A stretch of DNA of 64,000 bases from a bacterium (GCA_038109055.1 JAYNIM010000003.1:20269-84268); one strand, 5' to 3'; counted from the first letter of the stretch, positions 8,549 through 19,416 are shown. Notes: generated by a model from the sequence alone, not told the origin. Translations and numbers: made by a program.

Positions 8549-10171
8549 ATGATCATGAATGATTTTATCTCAGTCTCTGATGTGTCTTTATTGCCTTGTT
8601 TACCCGGTGTCTACCACTTTTATGATACAGATAAACAGCTGCTATATGTGGGAAAAGCTCTGCATTTAAAAAAGCGGGTTAGCAGTTACTTTCAACAAAA
8701 ACAACACACCCTTAAAACGACGGTCATGCTACGAAAAGTTGTGTGGATTCGCGTGTTACTGTGTCCTAGTGAAGCGGATGCCCTTGTCCTTGAAAAACAG
8801 TTGGTTCAACACTTTCAGCCTCGATATAATATTCTGCTAAAAGATGACAAACACTTCCCCTATCTGAAGCTAACAAAAGAGGTGTTTCCTAAATTGGAGA
8901 TTGTCCGGGAGAAAAAAAAGGATGGAGCTCGCTATTTTGGTCCTTACCCCTCGATTGGGTCAACAAAAGCCCTGAAGAGACATCTCTATGATTTGTTCCC
9001 TATTCGGGATTGTAAGCAAGCGATTTCTATTGATACACCCGAACAAAAATGTATTCTTTTGGACCTGGAGCGCTGTTTGGGACCATGTGTTTATAAAACT
9101 ATTCGTTCAGAGTATGACGCCTATGTTCAGTCTCTGACTCTTTTTTTACAGGGAAAGAAAAAAAGCCTGTTAAAACAACTTGAAACGCGCATGCATGAGG
9201 CAGCTACTAATCATCACTTTGAACTTGCAGCTAAATTTAGAGACTCGTTACAACAACTTCGTCGTTTATTTAGCCAAGAACCTCTATTAACTTCAACGAC
9301 TGAAACCTGTCTTTGCTTTGCCTTAATCTCTCGCTCTGATCTCCATTATGTCTCTGTTCAACATTATGTTGATGGCCACTTACGCTTTCAATACGGTCAC
9401 TATAGCCAAACATATTGTGATGCCCTCGATTTTATGGAACAAGTAGCGATTGATGTGTTAGCTGAACTCTCTCACATACCGCCGTTACTCCTTTGTCAAT
9501 CTGACTATACAGAGATTCTTCAGGAGCTTGCATTCTCGTTACCTGCTACATGCCGTGTTCTATCCCCAAAAAAAGGCGCAAAAGCCAAACTATTAGCTAT
9601 GGCAGAACGCAATGCTGAACAGGCCCTTGAACGTATCCAGCTGAAACCTAGAAAAACGTCTGTCTTACCACAGGTTCAAACTCAATTTCGACTCAAACAG
9701 TTGCCTCGTCGAATCTTTGGCTTTGATGTATCCCATTTACATGGGACGGGGATTGTAGGATCCTGTGTCTGTTTTGTGGACGCAAGACCCTCAAAAGCTG
9801 ATTATCGACATTTTAAAATCAAAGCAACGATTCCTCATAGCAATGATCCATTATGTATGAAAGAATTACTTTTACGGCGTTTTAAGGGCTGTCTGAGTAA
9901 AAATGAGCCCTTACCTCACCTCGTTTTAGTAGATGGGGGGAAAGGCCAATTATCCTTTGCCTGTGACGCGTTGGCTGAGTTGGGGCTATTGGAGAAGGTT
10001 GAGATTCTAGCCTTGGCAAAACGTCTTGAGGAAATTTTTGTGCCGGGTGCTTCCTCTGCAATTCGCCTTAATCACGATGACCCTGCGCTGCATCTGCTGC
10101 AACATGTCCGGGATGAGTCTCATCGCTTTGCACTTCGATTGCAACGAAAACAACGTGATCTTGGCAGGTAA
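8549..10171 (+). CDS. uvrC: Excinuclease ABC subunit C, lacking the C-terminal HhH region
   Basis: GIY-YIG (PGVY...LYVGKA), PRYNILLKDDK, FDVSH, LVDGGKGQ, LAKRLEE, RDESHRFA. Confidence 0.95.
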   Translation: MIMNDFISVSDVSLLPCLPGVYHFYDTDKQLLYVGKALHLKKRVSSYFQQKQHTLKTTVMLRKVVWIRVLLCPSEADALVLEKQLVQHFQPRYNILLKDDKHFPYLKLTKEVFPKLEIVREKKKDGARYFGPYPSIGSTKALKRHLYDLFPIRDCKQAISIDTPEQKCILLDLERCLGPCVYKTIRSEYDAYVQSLTLFLQGKKKSLLKQLETRMHEAATNHHFELAAKFRDSLQQLRRLFSQEPLLTSTTETCLCFALISRSDLHYVSVQHYVDGHLRFQYGHYSQTYCDALDFMEQVAIDVLAELSHIPPLLLCQSDYTEILQELAFSLPATCRVLSPKKGAKAKLLAMAERNAEQALERIQLKPRKTSVLPQVQTQFRLKQLPRRIFGFDVSHLHGTGIVGSCVCFVDARPSKADYRHFKIKATIPHSNDPLCMKELLLRRFKGCLSKNEPLPHLVLVDGGKGQLSFACDALAELGLLEKVEILALAKRLEEIFVPGASSAIRLNHDDPALHLLQHVRDESHRFALRLQRKQRDLGR

Positions 10172-10311
10172 TTTGGCGATGTCCTTGTGGATCTATTAGC
10201 AATTGTATCTTTGCGTTGAATTGAAATAGGGCCATGTATGCTTGAGTAGGCGCTATCTTTAGAGTGAATATACCATCAAGGCGTCACTGATGATTTATTT
10301 CAGGATAGTCC

Positions 10312-10914
10312 TTAGGGACGATAAACTTGATTTAATAAGGCCTCTATTTTTTGCGTTACCTTTTTTGAATCTGGTTTTGTCATAGACCCAAAACGTGCGA
10401 CTATTCGCCCTTCGCGATCTATTAAGAATTTGGTAAAGTTCCATCTAATCGGCTCATGAAAACTAGGGTTATCTTTTTTATTCGTTAGTTTTTGATAAAG
10501 GGGATGTTTGTTTGTTCCTTTGACATGTATCTTTTCAAGTAAGGGAAAGGTCACCTGATAATTTAATTGACAAAATGTTTTGATTTCCTGGGCCGTGCCT
10601 GGTTCTTGATTAGCAAAATCATTGGAAGGGATCCCAATTACTAAAAAACCTTTGTCTTTATAGCGCTCATAAATTGCTTGTAAATCTTTATATTGACTTG
10701 TAAACCCACACTTACTTGCTACGTTAACCATTAATATAAGTTTCCCTTTACATTGATCAAAGTCAAAGGGTTTTCCATTAATATCGTTGATGGAAATATC
10801 CTGAAAAAACTGAGGTGGTGATGGTAATTTTATTTTTTTGGTGGCCTGAACCGTCGCTACCGAAGCTGCGATCCCAATGATAAAGCAACTAGTGATGATT
10901 AGTTTGATTCCCAT
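10312..10914 (-). CDS. Glutathione peroxidase (Cys-type) with signal peptide
   Basis: NVASKCG (codon TGT), PSNDFANQEPG, WNFTKFLID; hydrophobic N-terminus. Confidence 0.92.
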   Translation of the reverse strand: MGIKLIITSCFIIGIAASVATVQATKKIKLPSPPQFFQDISINDINGKPFDFDQCKGKLILMVNVASKCGFTSQYKDLQAIYERYKDKGFLVIGIPSNDFANQEPGTAQEIKTFCQLNYQVTFPLLEKIHVKGTNKHPLYQKLTNKKDNPSFHEPIRWNFTKFLIDREGRIVARFGSMTKPDSKKVTQKIEALLNQVYRP

Positions 10915-11012
10915 GTGTCTTTTTCCTTTTTAGTCTATACTAACTTTCACCCTGCTTATGATCAAGCGTTTTTATTCGTAATAGTTTTGGCTTTTTCTAT
11001 CTGTGATGATAA

Positions 11013-11041
11013 TTGACAGCTCTTCGTGAGGGCGTGATACT
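11013..11041 (+). promoter_or_regulatory. sigma70-like promoter of ribF-menA-addBA (probably leaderless)
   Basis: TTGACA-N17-GATACT, then 7 nt, then the ATG at 11049. Confidence 0.6.
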
Positions 11042-11048
11042 AACAGTA

Positions 11049-11912
11049 ATGGATACTGATGAACTATGTATAGATAGAACTCTCCCTGGTTCCTGTGGGG
11101 TATTGGGCCTTGGTGTTTTTGATGGTTGTCATTTGGCGCATCAAGAACTGGCCAAACACTGTGATACGCTTTTGAGCCTCTTTCCTCACCCTCGCATGGT
11201 TTTAGGTAATGAAAGCTGCCAATATTTGAGTATGCCTGAGGAACGTAAGGTGTTTTATGAGCGGTCTCTGGTACTCCGCTTTACGCCGGAAGTTGCAACA
11301 CTCTCCGCGCTTTCATTTTTAGAAAAACTCTGTCATCAACTGTCGCCAACAGGCTTTGTGGTGGGTTATGATTTTCGCTTTGGTCACCAGCGTGAGGGGG
11401 ATGCGTCATTTTTGCGTGATTGGGCGAAAGACCGCGGACTCAGTTGTCGCATTGTCCCCTGCTTTCGTTATCATGATACTGTAGTTAAAAGTGGTGTAAT
11501 TAGAACAGCTATACGTGAAGGCAAGTTTGATTGGGCCGTGACACTCCTTGGCCATCCCTATGTCGTGACAGGTGATGTTATTACAGGCGATGGTCGTGGT
11601 AAGTCTTTGGGATTTCCTACAGCTAATCTTTCTCTAGCGCCAGAGAAGCTACTGCCTGCCCCAGGTGTATATGCTGCACGCCTAATCTCCCCGTTTAAGG
11701 ATCACTCTGCAATCGTATATGTGGGCTCGAAACCGACATTTTCTGGCAAAGGGCAACATCTTGAAGTCCATGTACCTAACTTTGAGGGCTCTCTCTATCA
11801 TCAACGCTTACAATTGGGTCTGTATAAACATATTCGTGATGAAAAAGTCTTTGCTTCTCGAGACGCATTGATCTCCCAAATCAAACAAGACCTTGAGGCT
11901 CTTTCAACATGA
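11049..11912 (+). CDS. ribF: Riboflavin kinase / FAD synthetase
   Basis: GVFDGCHLAH, VVGYDFRFG, GDGRGKSLGFPTAN, LEVH, IRDEKVF. Confidence 0.95.
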   Translation: MDTDELCIDRTLPGSCGVLGLGVFDGCHLAHQELAKHCDTLLSLFPHPRMVLGNESCQYLSMPEERKVFYERSLVLRFTPEVATLSALSFLEKLCHQLSPTGFVVGYDFRFGHQREGDASFLRDWAKDRGLSCRIVPCFRYHDTVVKSGVIRTAIREGKFDWAVTLLGHPYVVTGDVITGDGRGKSLGFPTANLSLAPEKLLPAPGVYAARLISPFKDHSAIVYVGSKPTFSGKGQHLEVHVPNFEGSLYHQRLQLGLYKHIRDEKVFASRDALISQIKQDLEALST

Positions 11913-12799
11913 GTACATCACCAGGGCTATGGAAAGCGTGGTTATTGGCGGCTCGACCTCAGACCCTGTTTGTAAGTATCTGTCCAGTATTAATAGCCAT
12001 CGTCTTAAGTTTTCGCTTGGCTTCGATTGACTGGTTTGGGAGTGTATGTTGTCTCATGATTGCGCTTTTATTGCAGCTTGCGGCTAATTTTTCTAATGAT
12101 TATTTTGATGCTAAACATGGGGTAGATACGCCGCAGCGAGTGGGCCCTAAACGTGCCACTGCTGAAGGTTGGATATCGGCTAGCTCTATGAAACGAGGCT
12201 TTATCTTGTGTTTATTAGCGGCCTTTTTACTGGGTTTGATTATCATTTTAAAAGCGGGATGGCTCTTTGCGATATTGGGGGTAGCCGCTATTTTATCTGC
12301 AATTCTTTATACAGGAGGACCGTTTCCCTATGGCTATTTTGGTTTGGGTGATGTCTTTGCCTTTTTTTTCTTCGGGCCTGTCGCTGTCTGTGGAACGTAT
12401 TATGTGAATGCCTTGGTCTGGTCTGACTATGTGTTTATCTTAAGTGTCGCACCTGGACTACTTGCGACAGCTATTTTGGCTGTTAATAATCTGCGAGATT
12501 GTGATGAAGATACCCTACACAATAAACGAACTCTGGCTGTTTTATTGGGCAAGCGCTTTGTTAAATTTGAATATGCTGTGTGTGTGTGGGTGGCTGCCCT
12601 TATTCCACTTTATCTTTATTTTCATCACGGCCTTTACCCTTTTACTGTTTTAACGATCATTGTTACTTTTTTGGCAAAAAAACCCTTACGTATGATGTGG
12701 GATTCTGATGACGCTGATTTGAATGAGGCCCTTGTTAGAACGGCAAAATTGCTTGTAAGTTTTAGTATTTTGTTTACAGTTGGCGTTTTGGCAAATTAA
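11909..12799 (+). CDS. menA: 1,4-dihydroxy-2-naphthoate polyprenyltransferase
   Basis: AARPQTL, NFSNDYFD, YTGGPFPYGY.GLGD, NNLRD...D...KRTLAV. Confidence 0.93.
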   Translation: MSTSPGLWKAWLLAARPQTLFVSICPVLIAIVLSFRLASIDWFGSVCCLMIALLLQLAANFSNDYFDAKHGVDTPQRVGPKRATAEGWISASSMKRGFILCLLAAFLLGLIIILKAGWLFAILGVAAILSAILYTGGPFPYGYFGLGDVFAFFFFGPVAVCGTYYVNALVWSDYVFILSVAPGLLATAILAVNNLRDCDEDTLHNKRTLAVLLGKRFVKFEYAVCVWVAALIPLYLYFHHGLYPFTVLTIIVTFLAKKPLRMMWDSDDADLNEALVRTAKLLVSFSILFTVGVLAN

Positions 12800-12804
12800 C
12801 GTTT

Positions 12805-15708
12805 ATGTCTGAACGTGTTTATGTGTATACCCAGGGCTTTGATCAAGGATGGCGTGGTCCTTTTTGGGATATGTTTTTTCAAATTCTTGCCCATAATGGT
12901 GCGAAGGACTGTCTTTTTTTAGTTCCGAGTCATGCCTTTAAACAATCTTTAGTGAGCGAATGTCTGCGTCGATTAGATCATGATATATGCTTGCCTGATT
13001 TGCTGACCTTTGATGAGCTTATTGCCGCCTGTTTTTATGAGCAGGTTGATGCCCATGTCCTAACTGAACAAGGCTGTCTTTCCGCCTGCATGCAAGACAA
13101 TCCTCTCCTGTGGCCATCTTCACTACAATCACCTGCGTCTCTTAAAGCATTGCAAGCATTGTGGCAGGATACTCGCCGTTATGGATGGTCGGCTACTACG
13201 TATAAACGTTGCGAATCGCACCCTTTTCATGAGGCTATTCCTAGGCTTTTTTTAGAGGCCCAACAACGTCTCAAGAGCTACCCCACAAAGCCCCTCTTAT
13301 CACTGTATTATCGTGCTGAGAAAGAGGGGTATTGCTCTTTGTTAGAGTTTGTCGGATCACGCAGTGTTTTTTGTGCTGGGTTTTGGCAACTCCCCCCCTA
13401 TCAACAAGCTGTGTTGGATGCTTTGTGGACCTTGCCTGGCGAGCATAGTTTATTGCTGTATTATATTGCGGGTCATTCAGCTTACCAAGCCGCAGTTCCT
13501 TGGATACGTAGGCTTGAAGCTGATTCACGTATTGAATGGCTCTCGGCTGAGTCTCCGTCTTATCGTAAAACTCCCTCGTTGTTTGTAGCAGACCATGTGC
13601 AGCAAGAAGTCGCTCATCTTATCTCTTGGATTTTGTCGGCGCTTCAAAGTCAAACAATTAAATGTCTCGAAGATGTTAGTATTGTGCTGGCGGATTATAC
13701 TCGTTATTTGCCTGTTCTAGCCCAAGAAGCCCAAGCAAAGAGCCTGCCCCTTTATTTATCTACACGGTATTTAGAACAACGCCCTCTTGGACGGCTTATC
13801 CAAGCTATCCTAACCTTAAGCTATCCCCTGCAAGATCTCCAGGCTTTTTTGGGCCTCTTTTCTCAGTCTTTATTCCATTCTTTTCAAGGCATCATCCCCT
13901 TGCCATGGTTATGGGAACTCGCTGATTCCATCGGTCGAAAACCTCGTTATTGGCTTGACTGGGAGCGTGCTTTTCACACTGTTCGCAACAAATGTCCAGA
14001 AATTGAACAGTCGGCGCTTGATTCCCAGCTGGCACTTCTAGACGCATTAAACAAACAGTGTCAGCGTTTTTTTTATGCGCGCTCTATGCATGAGATCATC
14101 ACTGCTTTTGTTACTTTATGGAAGGCGATTGATCTTGATACCTTTGTCTCCACGTTTTCTGAGAGAGATTGCGATTTATTTCGAGCGGATACTGAGGCCT
14201 TTGATGCCTTGCTGTTATCTCTTGAAATCCAAGAATCTCAGCGTATTTTGATGATTGATGGCCCAGAGTCCTGGCAATCTCGCTTGCGTCTGGGTTTATC
14301 ACAGCAGACGGTGAGCTCTCCACATAAAAACGGACTTCGCATCGTGGGTAAATTTGACGCTTTCTTAATCAATACCCCGGTCATTTGGATCTTGGGTTGT
14401 GAACAAGGTACGTGGCCACAGGCTCCCAGACCCTCTGTTTTTATCTCCTCTCAAACTCGAAAACGGTTGGGCTGGCCCTCTGTTGCTGATCAAGCCTTGG
14501 CTGATCGATATATTTGGGAATCGTTATATCAACATCCTGACGCAGAGGTTATGCTGAGTGTATCTCGTTCACAAAATGACCATAGGCTGTCACTCTGTGA
14601 CTGGATATTGCCTGACACCCAACGTCAGGTTCAGACCTGTGTTTCACGTGAAACATCGTTTGTTTTAGCTGAAAAACCAGTCCCTCTTTCAGAAAAACTG
14701 ATTTCTATGAAATCGACTCTTTCACTCTCTAGCTCTGATACTCTCTCTAAAACTGACACTACTCATTCTGTTTATAGTCCGTCTATGCTCGAGTCTTACC
14801 AACGCTGTCCTCGTGCATTTTACCTTCGTCGTGTACTAAAGGTGCCTGACTCCTCGCCTAGCCAACTAGACATTGCTGATAAAGATTGGGGAGATTTGTT
14901 GCATGCTGTGATGAAGGAATTTGTCTCTTCATGGCCCTACACATCGCTTTCTAAGGCGGAGAACACCCTCTCTACTCTCTTTAAGGATTATGCACAACGC
15001 CTCTTTCCAGATGATCACTGGCTACACTTTCGCTGTGAGCGTTGGAAAAAAGGTCATGCTTATCTTAAATCTTGGATCTCTCTACTGAGAGAACTCTTTG
15101 TTAATTATAAACCTATTGGCCTTGAAGTTCCTTTGGGGCCTTTCACACAAGAAAGTGAAACTGACTCCTTCTCGGTTTCAGGGCAAGCGGATCTACTTAT
15201 TCAGCATCGCGAAAAACCCTTTGTCTTTGTCGTGGATTATAAAACAGGCTCGATGCTTAGCAGCCCGGCAGATCTTCGTCAGGGCAAGTCATTGCAGCTC
15301 CCCCTATACTTACTTGCCTTGCAACACCATCCTGGTTTAGTACTCAATGGAACAAACCTACTTCCTTCTGATGTCCATATTGGAGGGGCTATCTTATTGC
15401 AGTGCCACCGTGAGTTACTCACCCATAAAACCCTCGTCCTATCTCCAGACTGCAAAGAGGACACCCCTTTGTCGGCACCGGGCCCCCGCTCCTATCTCAC
15501 TTGGGATGACCACAGTAAACTTGACACCATCTCTATTCTTGATGATATTCATCATGATCTTTCTGAGAATATGTATAGTGAAGATCCTGTTCATGGACGC
15601 TCAAATGCCACCTCTAACCCAACCTTTCGTCAACAAAGCTGTTCATTTTGCTCGTTTCAATGGAGCTGCCAGTATCCCGAACGCTGGAAAGGGGCGCTTG
15701 GTGGATAA
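12805..15708 (+). CDS. addB: AddB/RexB-like PD-(D/E)XK nuclease subunit
   Basis: C-terminal YSPS...YQRCP, GQADLL, VVDYKTG, LQLPLY, CSFCSFQWSC (Fe-S staple cysteines); upstream of an AddA-like gene. Confidence 0.8.
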   Translation: MSERVYVYTQGFDQGWRGPFWDMFFQILAHNGAKDCLFLVPSHAFKQSLVSECLRRLDHDICLPDLLTFDELIAACFYEQVDAHVLTEQGCLSACMQDNPLLWPSSLQSPASLKALQALWQDTRRYGWSATTYKRCESHPFHEAIPRLFLEAQQRLKSYPTKPLLSLYYRAEKEGYCSLLEFVGSRSVFCAGFWQLPPYQQAVLDALWTLPGEHSLLLYYIAGHSAYQAAVPWIRRLEADSRIEWLSAESPSYRKTPSLFVADHVQQEVAHLISWILSALQSQTIKCLEDVSIVLADYTRYLPVLAQEAQAKSLPLYLSTRYLEQRPLGRLIQAILTLSYPLQDLQAFLGLFSQSLFHSFQGIIPLPWLWELADSIGRKPRYWLDWERAFHTVRNKCPEIEQSALDSQLALLDALNKQCQRFFYARSMHEIITAFVTLWKAIDLDTFVSTFSERDCDLFRADTEAFDALLLSLEIQESQRILMIDGPESWQSRLRLGLSQQTVSSPHKNGLRIVGKFDAFLINTPVIWILGCEQGTWPQAPRPSVFISSQTRKRLGWPSVADQALADRYIWESLYQHPDAEVMLSVSRSQNDHRLSLCDWILPDTQRQVQTCVSRETSFVLAEKPVPLSEKLISMKSTLSLSSSDTLSKTDTTHSVYSPSMLESYQRCPRAFYLRRVLKVPDSSPSQLDIADKDWGDLLHAVMKEFVSSWPYTSLSKAENTLSTLFKDYAQRLFPDDHWLHFRCERWKKGHAYLKSWISLLRELFVNYKPIGLEVPLGPFTQESETDSFSVSGQADLLIQHREKPFVFVVDYKTGSMLSSPADLRQGKSLQLPLYLLALQHHPGLVLNGTNLLPSDVHIGGAILLQCHRELLTHKTLVLSPDCKEDTPLSAPGPRSYLTWDDHSKLDTISILDDIHHDLSENMYSEDPVHGRSNATSNPTFRQQSCSFCSFQWSCQYPERWKGALGG
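14640..14655. promoter_or_regulatory. parS site (inside addB)
   Basis: TGTTTCACGTGAAACA, a perfect match to the consensus. Confidence 0.85.
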
Positions 15709-18490
15709 GTGGACCCCTAGCCAAGAACAGGCCATTTTTAATCAGAAACAAAACTTGCTCATTGAGGCGGGTGCAGGGTCGGGAAAAACGGCCGTCCTAG
15801 TTGCCCGTTATTTGGAGTTTTTACGACAAGGGAAGGATATAAGCCCAGAAAACATCTTGGTCCTTACATTTACTAAAAAAGCAGCCTCTGAGCTAAAAAC
15901 GCGCATATCGACTTCATTGCTTGATTCGCCTGATCTTTGCCTGGATCGCCATTTTCAGCGAGAGTCATGGATTACAACCATTCATGGATTCTGCAAAGAA
16001 CTTTGTGACCGTTATGGGTTTCAAGCCGGTCAGGCGCCTTACCCCTCTATTCTGCAGGATGGGATTATCTCGTCTCATTATTTAGACACTTGTATTACCC
16101 AGGTTCTTTCCACTTCCACTTCAGCCTCTCTCGCTCCCCTCCAACGACTCATGCAGCATATGTCCCTTCATCAATTAACCCGCTCTTTAAAGTCCGCCTT
16201 ACAGTCCCCTTTGAGTATGGAGACCGCTATCTCAGCTATGACCTTACCCCTGACTGGACATGACCTTACTTATGACGAGGCAAGGACCTTTTTCGCTACA
16301 AAAGACCTCACATTAACCCCTTCTAGCTTCACTAGCCTGTCTCTCTCTGTAGATTTTATTTGTTTATATCGTCACATTTGGGAGAGATACTGTCATCTTA
16401 CTAGCAGGCTCAATTGTATCAGCCAAGATGATCTTTTACATCGTGCTAAGGCAGTGCTTGAAGACCGAGATATTCGACAGGCCTGCCAGAAACAGTTTCG
16501 TCACGTGATGATCGATGAATGCCAGGATACAGATCCTTTGCAATGGGAGATCCTTCATGCGCTCTGTGATGATTCAGACCCGCTTCTGCCTAAAAAATTA
16601 TTTTTAGTGGGTGATTTAAAACAAGCCATCTATCGTTTTCGTGGTGCCCAATCCCATTTATTCGTCTCCTTCATGAACACATTTTCCAAGCACCCAGACT
16701 CTCAGGTGGTGTCCTTACAAGAGAATTTCCGTTCAACTCAACCTATCATCACACTTGTCAATCATCTATTTTCTCAGCAACTCGATCCTTTTAGCCCCCT
16801 TGTTGCGGTTCATGATTCCTCCCTTAAACATCCCGTATGCTTGGCTCGGCTTGAAACTGACGCGTTTCACGTGAAACATGTCCTCCATTGGGCAACCACA
16901 CAACGTGAACAACTTGACCTCAGCTGGAACGATGTTGCACTTCTATGCCGAAATCGTCGCCAGCTGACTTACTGGAAACAACAGTTCCTTGATGCCCACA
17001 TCCCCTGCTGCGAAGACCTTGACCCGTTGACCTATAAACGTGAATGGACCATAGACCTCATTATGCTTGCGCAGGCCCTTATAGACCCCTTTCATCACCA
17101 AGCGTGGCTTCGACTCTGTCAGTCCCGACTGCTCTCTCTCTCGAATGACAGTCTAACTGTGGTCTGTCAGGAGCTGCCCTTGCAGACTAGCTTTTCGTGG
17201 CTGACACGACTTCAGCATCTCCCTTCATCGCCGCTTCTTACACAGTTCCTAAAAAACTATCACACTGCGGCTCAAAAACGTCGCAATGACTCTCTAGCCT
17301 CCGCTGTTTCGCATTTTCTATGCTCTTCCAGCTATATCCTTACCCAAGATGAAAAAGACGCTGAATCCTGCCTCTTACAGACACTTTATAGTCTTCAGTC
17401 CCAAGGGCTATCTGAACTTGAACTCCTCCAAAGTTTGAAAGCGATGACAGAAGGCCGCCTTCCTGCGACTACAGCGCCCATCGCCCCTAAAGGCATTCGA
17501 CTTATGACCATGCATGCGTCAAAGGGCCTTGCTTTCCCTATCGTAATTATCCCAGATTGCCAACGCAGCACCTTTCGTGCTGATACTCGATCTTTTTCTA
17601 TTAGCCCCTTTGGAATTGCGGCAAGTATTAAAGATGAAAATAAAAAGCAAAATACCTGGCGAGAGTTTATCAAAAGCGAAGAACAAAAGGCTCAGCTTCA
17701 AGAAGAACGTCGCCTCCTCTACGTTGCGATGACCCGCGCAGAGAAAGCCCTTCTTGTTTGCGGTACCCATTCTCGTTATAAAAGTGGCACTTGGTGGGAT
17801 TTTATCTTGCCATTTTGTTGTGACAATCACAATACGGATGCCAAAAACATGCATAAAGGTCCCTTCTCGCTCAAGAAAGAACTTCTTAATCAAGGCATCT
17901 ACTACACAGAATCACCCCAACAACCCCTTATTGCCCCATCTACTGACGCCATAACACAGACAGCCCCCATGCTATGGCAGCGAGCTCCTTTCGTTACGCC
18001 CGATTCATCACTTCCTAATACTCCCACCTCTACAAATCCTTCCTTCAGCCTTCATCAACAAGGTCTCGCAAAGTGGGGAAACTGCGTGCACCGGGCACTT
18101 GAACTACGCAATCGCCACCCCAAGCGTGATAAAAAAACACTGATTCATCACAGCCTTCAACGTGTCTCCCCCCACTTACAGACATCCTGGACAAAGAAGC
18201 TCCATACTCTATTAGAGCACTATGAAGCACACCCCATCTTCACGGCAGTCTGCCAGGCAGAACGCCGCCTCATTGAACACTCCATCCGTTACATTCATAA
18301 GCAGACGCAGCAGCATTGCCGACTCGACCTTGCCTATCTTCACAATCAAAGGTGGACGATTGTTGATTTTAAAACGGGACGCAGTGATCCAGCGCAACTC
18401 GAGAACTACAAACATGCGCTTCGCTACTGGCTAGGGACGCCCAGCATTGTCATTGAGGCCATGTTTATAAATATCACTTCCTTTGGATGA
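15701..18490 (+). CDS. addA: AddA/RexA-like UvrD helicase-nuclease
   Basis: EAGAGSGKT, LTFTKKAA, IDECQDT, VGDLKQAIYRFRGA, NFRS, MTMHASKGL, YVAMTRA, C-terminal RLDL...VDFKTG. The GTG at 15701 overlaps the addB stop. Confidence 0.88.
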   Translation: MDKWTPSQEQAIFNQKQNLLIEAGAGSGKTAVLVARYLEFLRQGKDISPENILVLTFTKKAASELKTRISTSLLDSPDLCLDRHFQRESWITTIHGFCKELCDRYGFQAGQAPYPSILQDGIISSHYLDTCITQVLSTSTSASLAPLQRLMQHMSLHQLTRSLKSALQSPLSMETAISAMTLPLTGHDLTYDEARTFFATKDLTLTPSSFTSLSLSVDFICLYRHIWERYCHLTSRLNCISQDDLLHRAKAVLEDRDIRQACQKQFRHVMIDECQDTDPLQWEILHALCDDSDPLLPKKLFLVGDLKQAIYRFRGAQSHLFVSFMNTFSKHPDSQVVSLQENFRSTQPIITLVNHLFSQQLDPFSPLVAVHDSSLKHPVCLARLETDAFHVKHVLHWATTQREQLDLSWNDVALLCRNRRQLTYWKQQFLDAHIPCCEDLDPLTYKREWTIDLIMLAQALIDPFHHQAWLRLCQSRLLSLSNDSLTVVCQELPLQTSFSWLTRLQHLPSSPLLTQFLKNYHTAAQKRRNDSLASAVSHFLCSSSYILTQDEKDAESCLLQTLYSLQSQGLSELELLQSLKAMTEGRLPATTAPIAPKGIRLMTMHASKGLAFPIVIIPDCQRSTFRADTRSFSISPFGIAASIKDENKKQNTWREFIKSEEQKAQLQEERRLLYVAMTRAEKALLVCGTHSRYKSGTWWDFILPFCCDNHNTDAKNMHKGPFSLKKELLNQGIYYTESPQQPLIAPSTDAITQTAPMLWQRAPFVTPDSSLPNTPTSTNPSFSLHQQGLAKWGNCVHRALELRNRHPKRDKKTLIHHSLQRVSPHLQTSWTKKLHTLLEHYEAHPIFTAVCQAERRLIEHSIRYIHKQTQQHCRLDLAYLHNQRWTIVDFKTGRSDPAQLENYKHALRYWLGTPSIVIEAMFINITSFG
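16863..16878. promoter_or_regulatory. parS site (inside addA)
   Basis: CGTTTCACGTGAAACA, one mismatch. Confidence 0.8.
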
Positions 18491-18506
18491 TGTTTCACGT
18501 GAAACA
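18491..18506. promoter_or_regulatory. parS site
   Basis: TGTTTCACGTGAAACA immediately after the addA stop. Confidence 0.92.
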
Positions 18507-18690
18507 AGCCCTCTACACCTACCCAATCCTTGATACCCTCCTATTTCACAGATAAAATAAATAGAAATGTATATCCCCCCCCGACCTATTAAAATTAGCG
18601 AACTGTCCCATTTTTTGTTGTTGCCTCGGCAATGCTAACAATACCCCCACACAATCAGCCCCATCCACCCAAAACAAAGTATCCCAAGCT

Positions 18691-19416
18691 ATGCGCAGTC
18701 CCTCACAAGACCCCCCTCAAGAGGCATCAAAAACAGCCGATTCAAAAAAAGAACTGGAACTAGCAACAGCAGTATCCCCACCAGGACCATTAATTGAGCT
18801 GCAAAACATCAGGGGACAGGCAGGGCTCAATGAGGGGCTAAATACATTTTTAAGCGCTCTAGACATCTACGACAAAACGCAGTCTCTAGGTAAATACCAC
18901 AAATTTGCAACAGGCGCCATGAGCACCCTGAGCTTTTTTGGCACGAAAAACAAGGATGGCTTTTGCGCTGATACCATCGAAGATTTATGCAGCAATTATG
19001 GCGTTACGGACTTAACTGAACTAACACCAGTTCAATTACGAGAAATCCTTCAAAAGAACTCAGACCAAGCCATCAGTCCTCAGAAAGCCGGCTCTATTCT
19101 CAGACAAATCATGGCCTTAGGAAGAGATCACTCTCTTCTCGGCTTGACGATCTCAGGGCTCGTAATGGGGGCACAACGTTTTCACCCTGAAACAAAAGGA
19201 GGCGTCCCCATAGAACACAAACGCCACCTTCGCCTCGCCCTCCTCCTACGCATCACCATTTCAATCATTGTCGAGGGCGATCCCCGTAATGAAAACGATG
19301 CCTTCAGTAACATCTTAAACAACTGTATAAAACTACAAGAAAGCTCCCAATTCATTGACTTCTCGAAATGCAAGGCATCAGTTGATAATTATCTAGCAAA
19401 AAGAGACACCCACTAA
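18691..19416 (+). CDS. Hypothetical protein
   Basis: 241-aa ORF with a Pro/Ser-rich N-terminus; no family recognised. Confidence 0.6.
   Translation: MRSPSQDPPQEASKTADSKKELELATAVSPPGPLIELQNIRGQAGLNEGLNTFLSALDIYDKTQSLGKYHKFATGAMSTLSFFGTKNKDGFCADTIEDLCSNYGVTDLTELTPVQLREILQKNSDQAISPQKAGSILRQIMALGRDHSLLGLTISGLVMGAQRFHPETKGGVPIEHKRHLRLALLLRITISIIVEGDPRNENDAFSNILNNCIKLQESSQFIDFSKCKASVDNYLAKRDTH

Noticed and set aside
10312..10914. Selenocysteine glutathione peroxidase
   Set aside because: The active-site codon is TGT (Cys).
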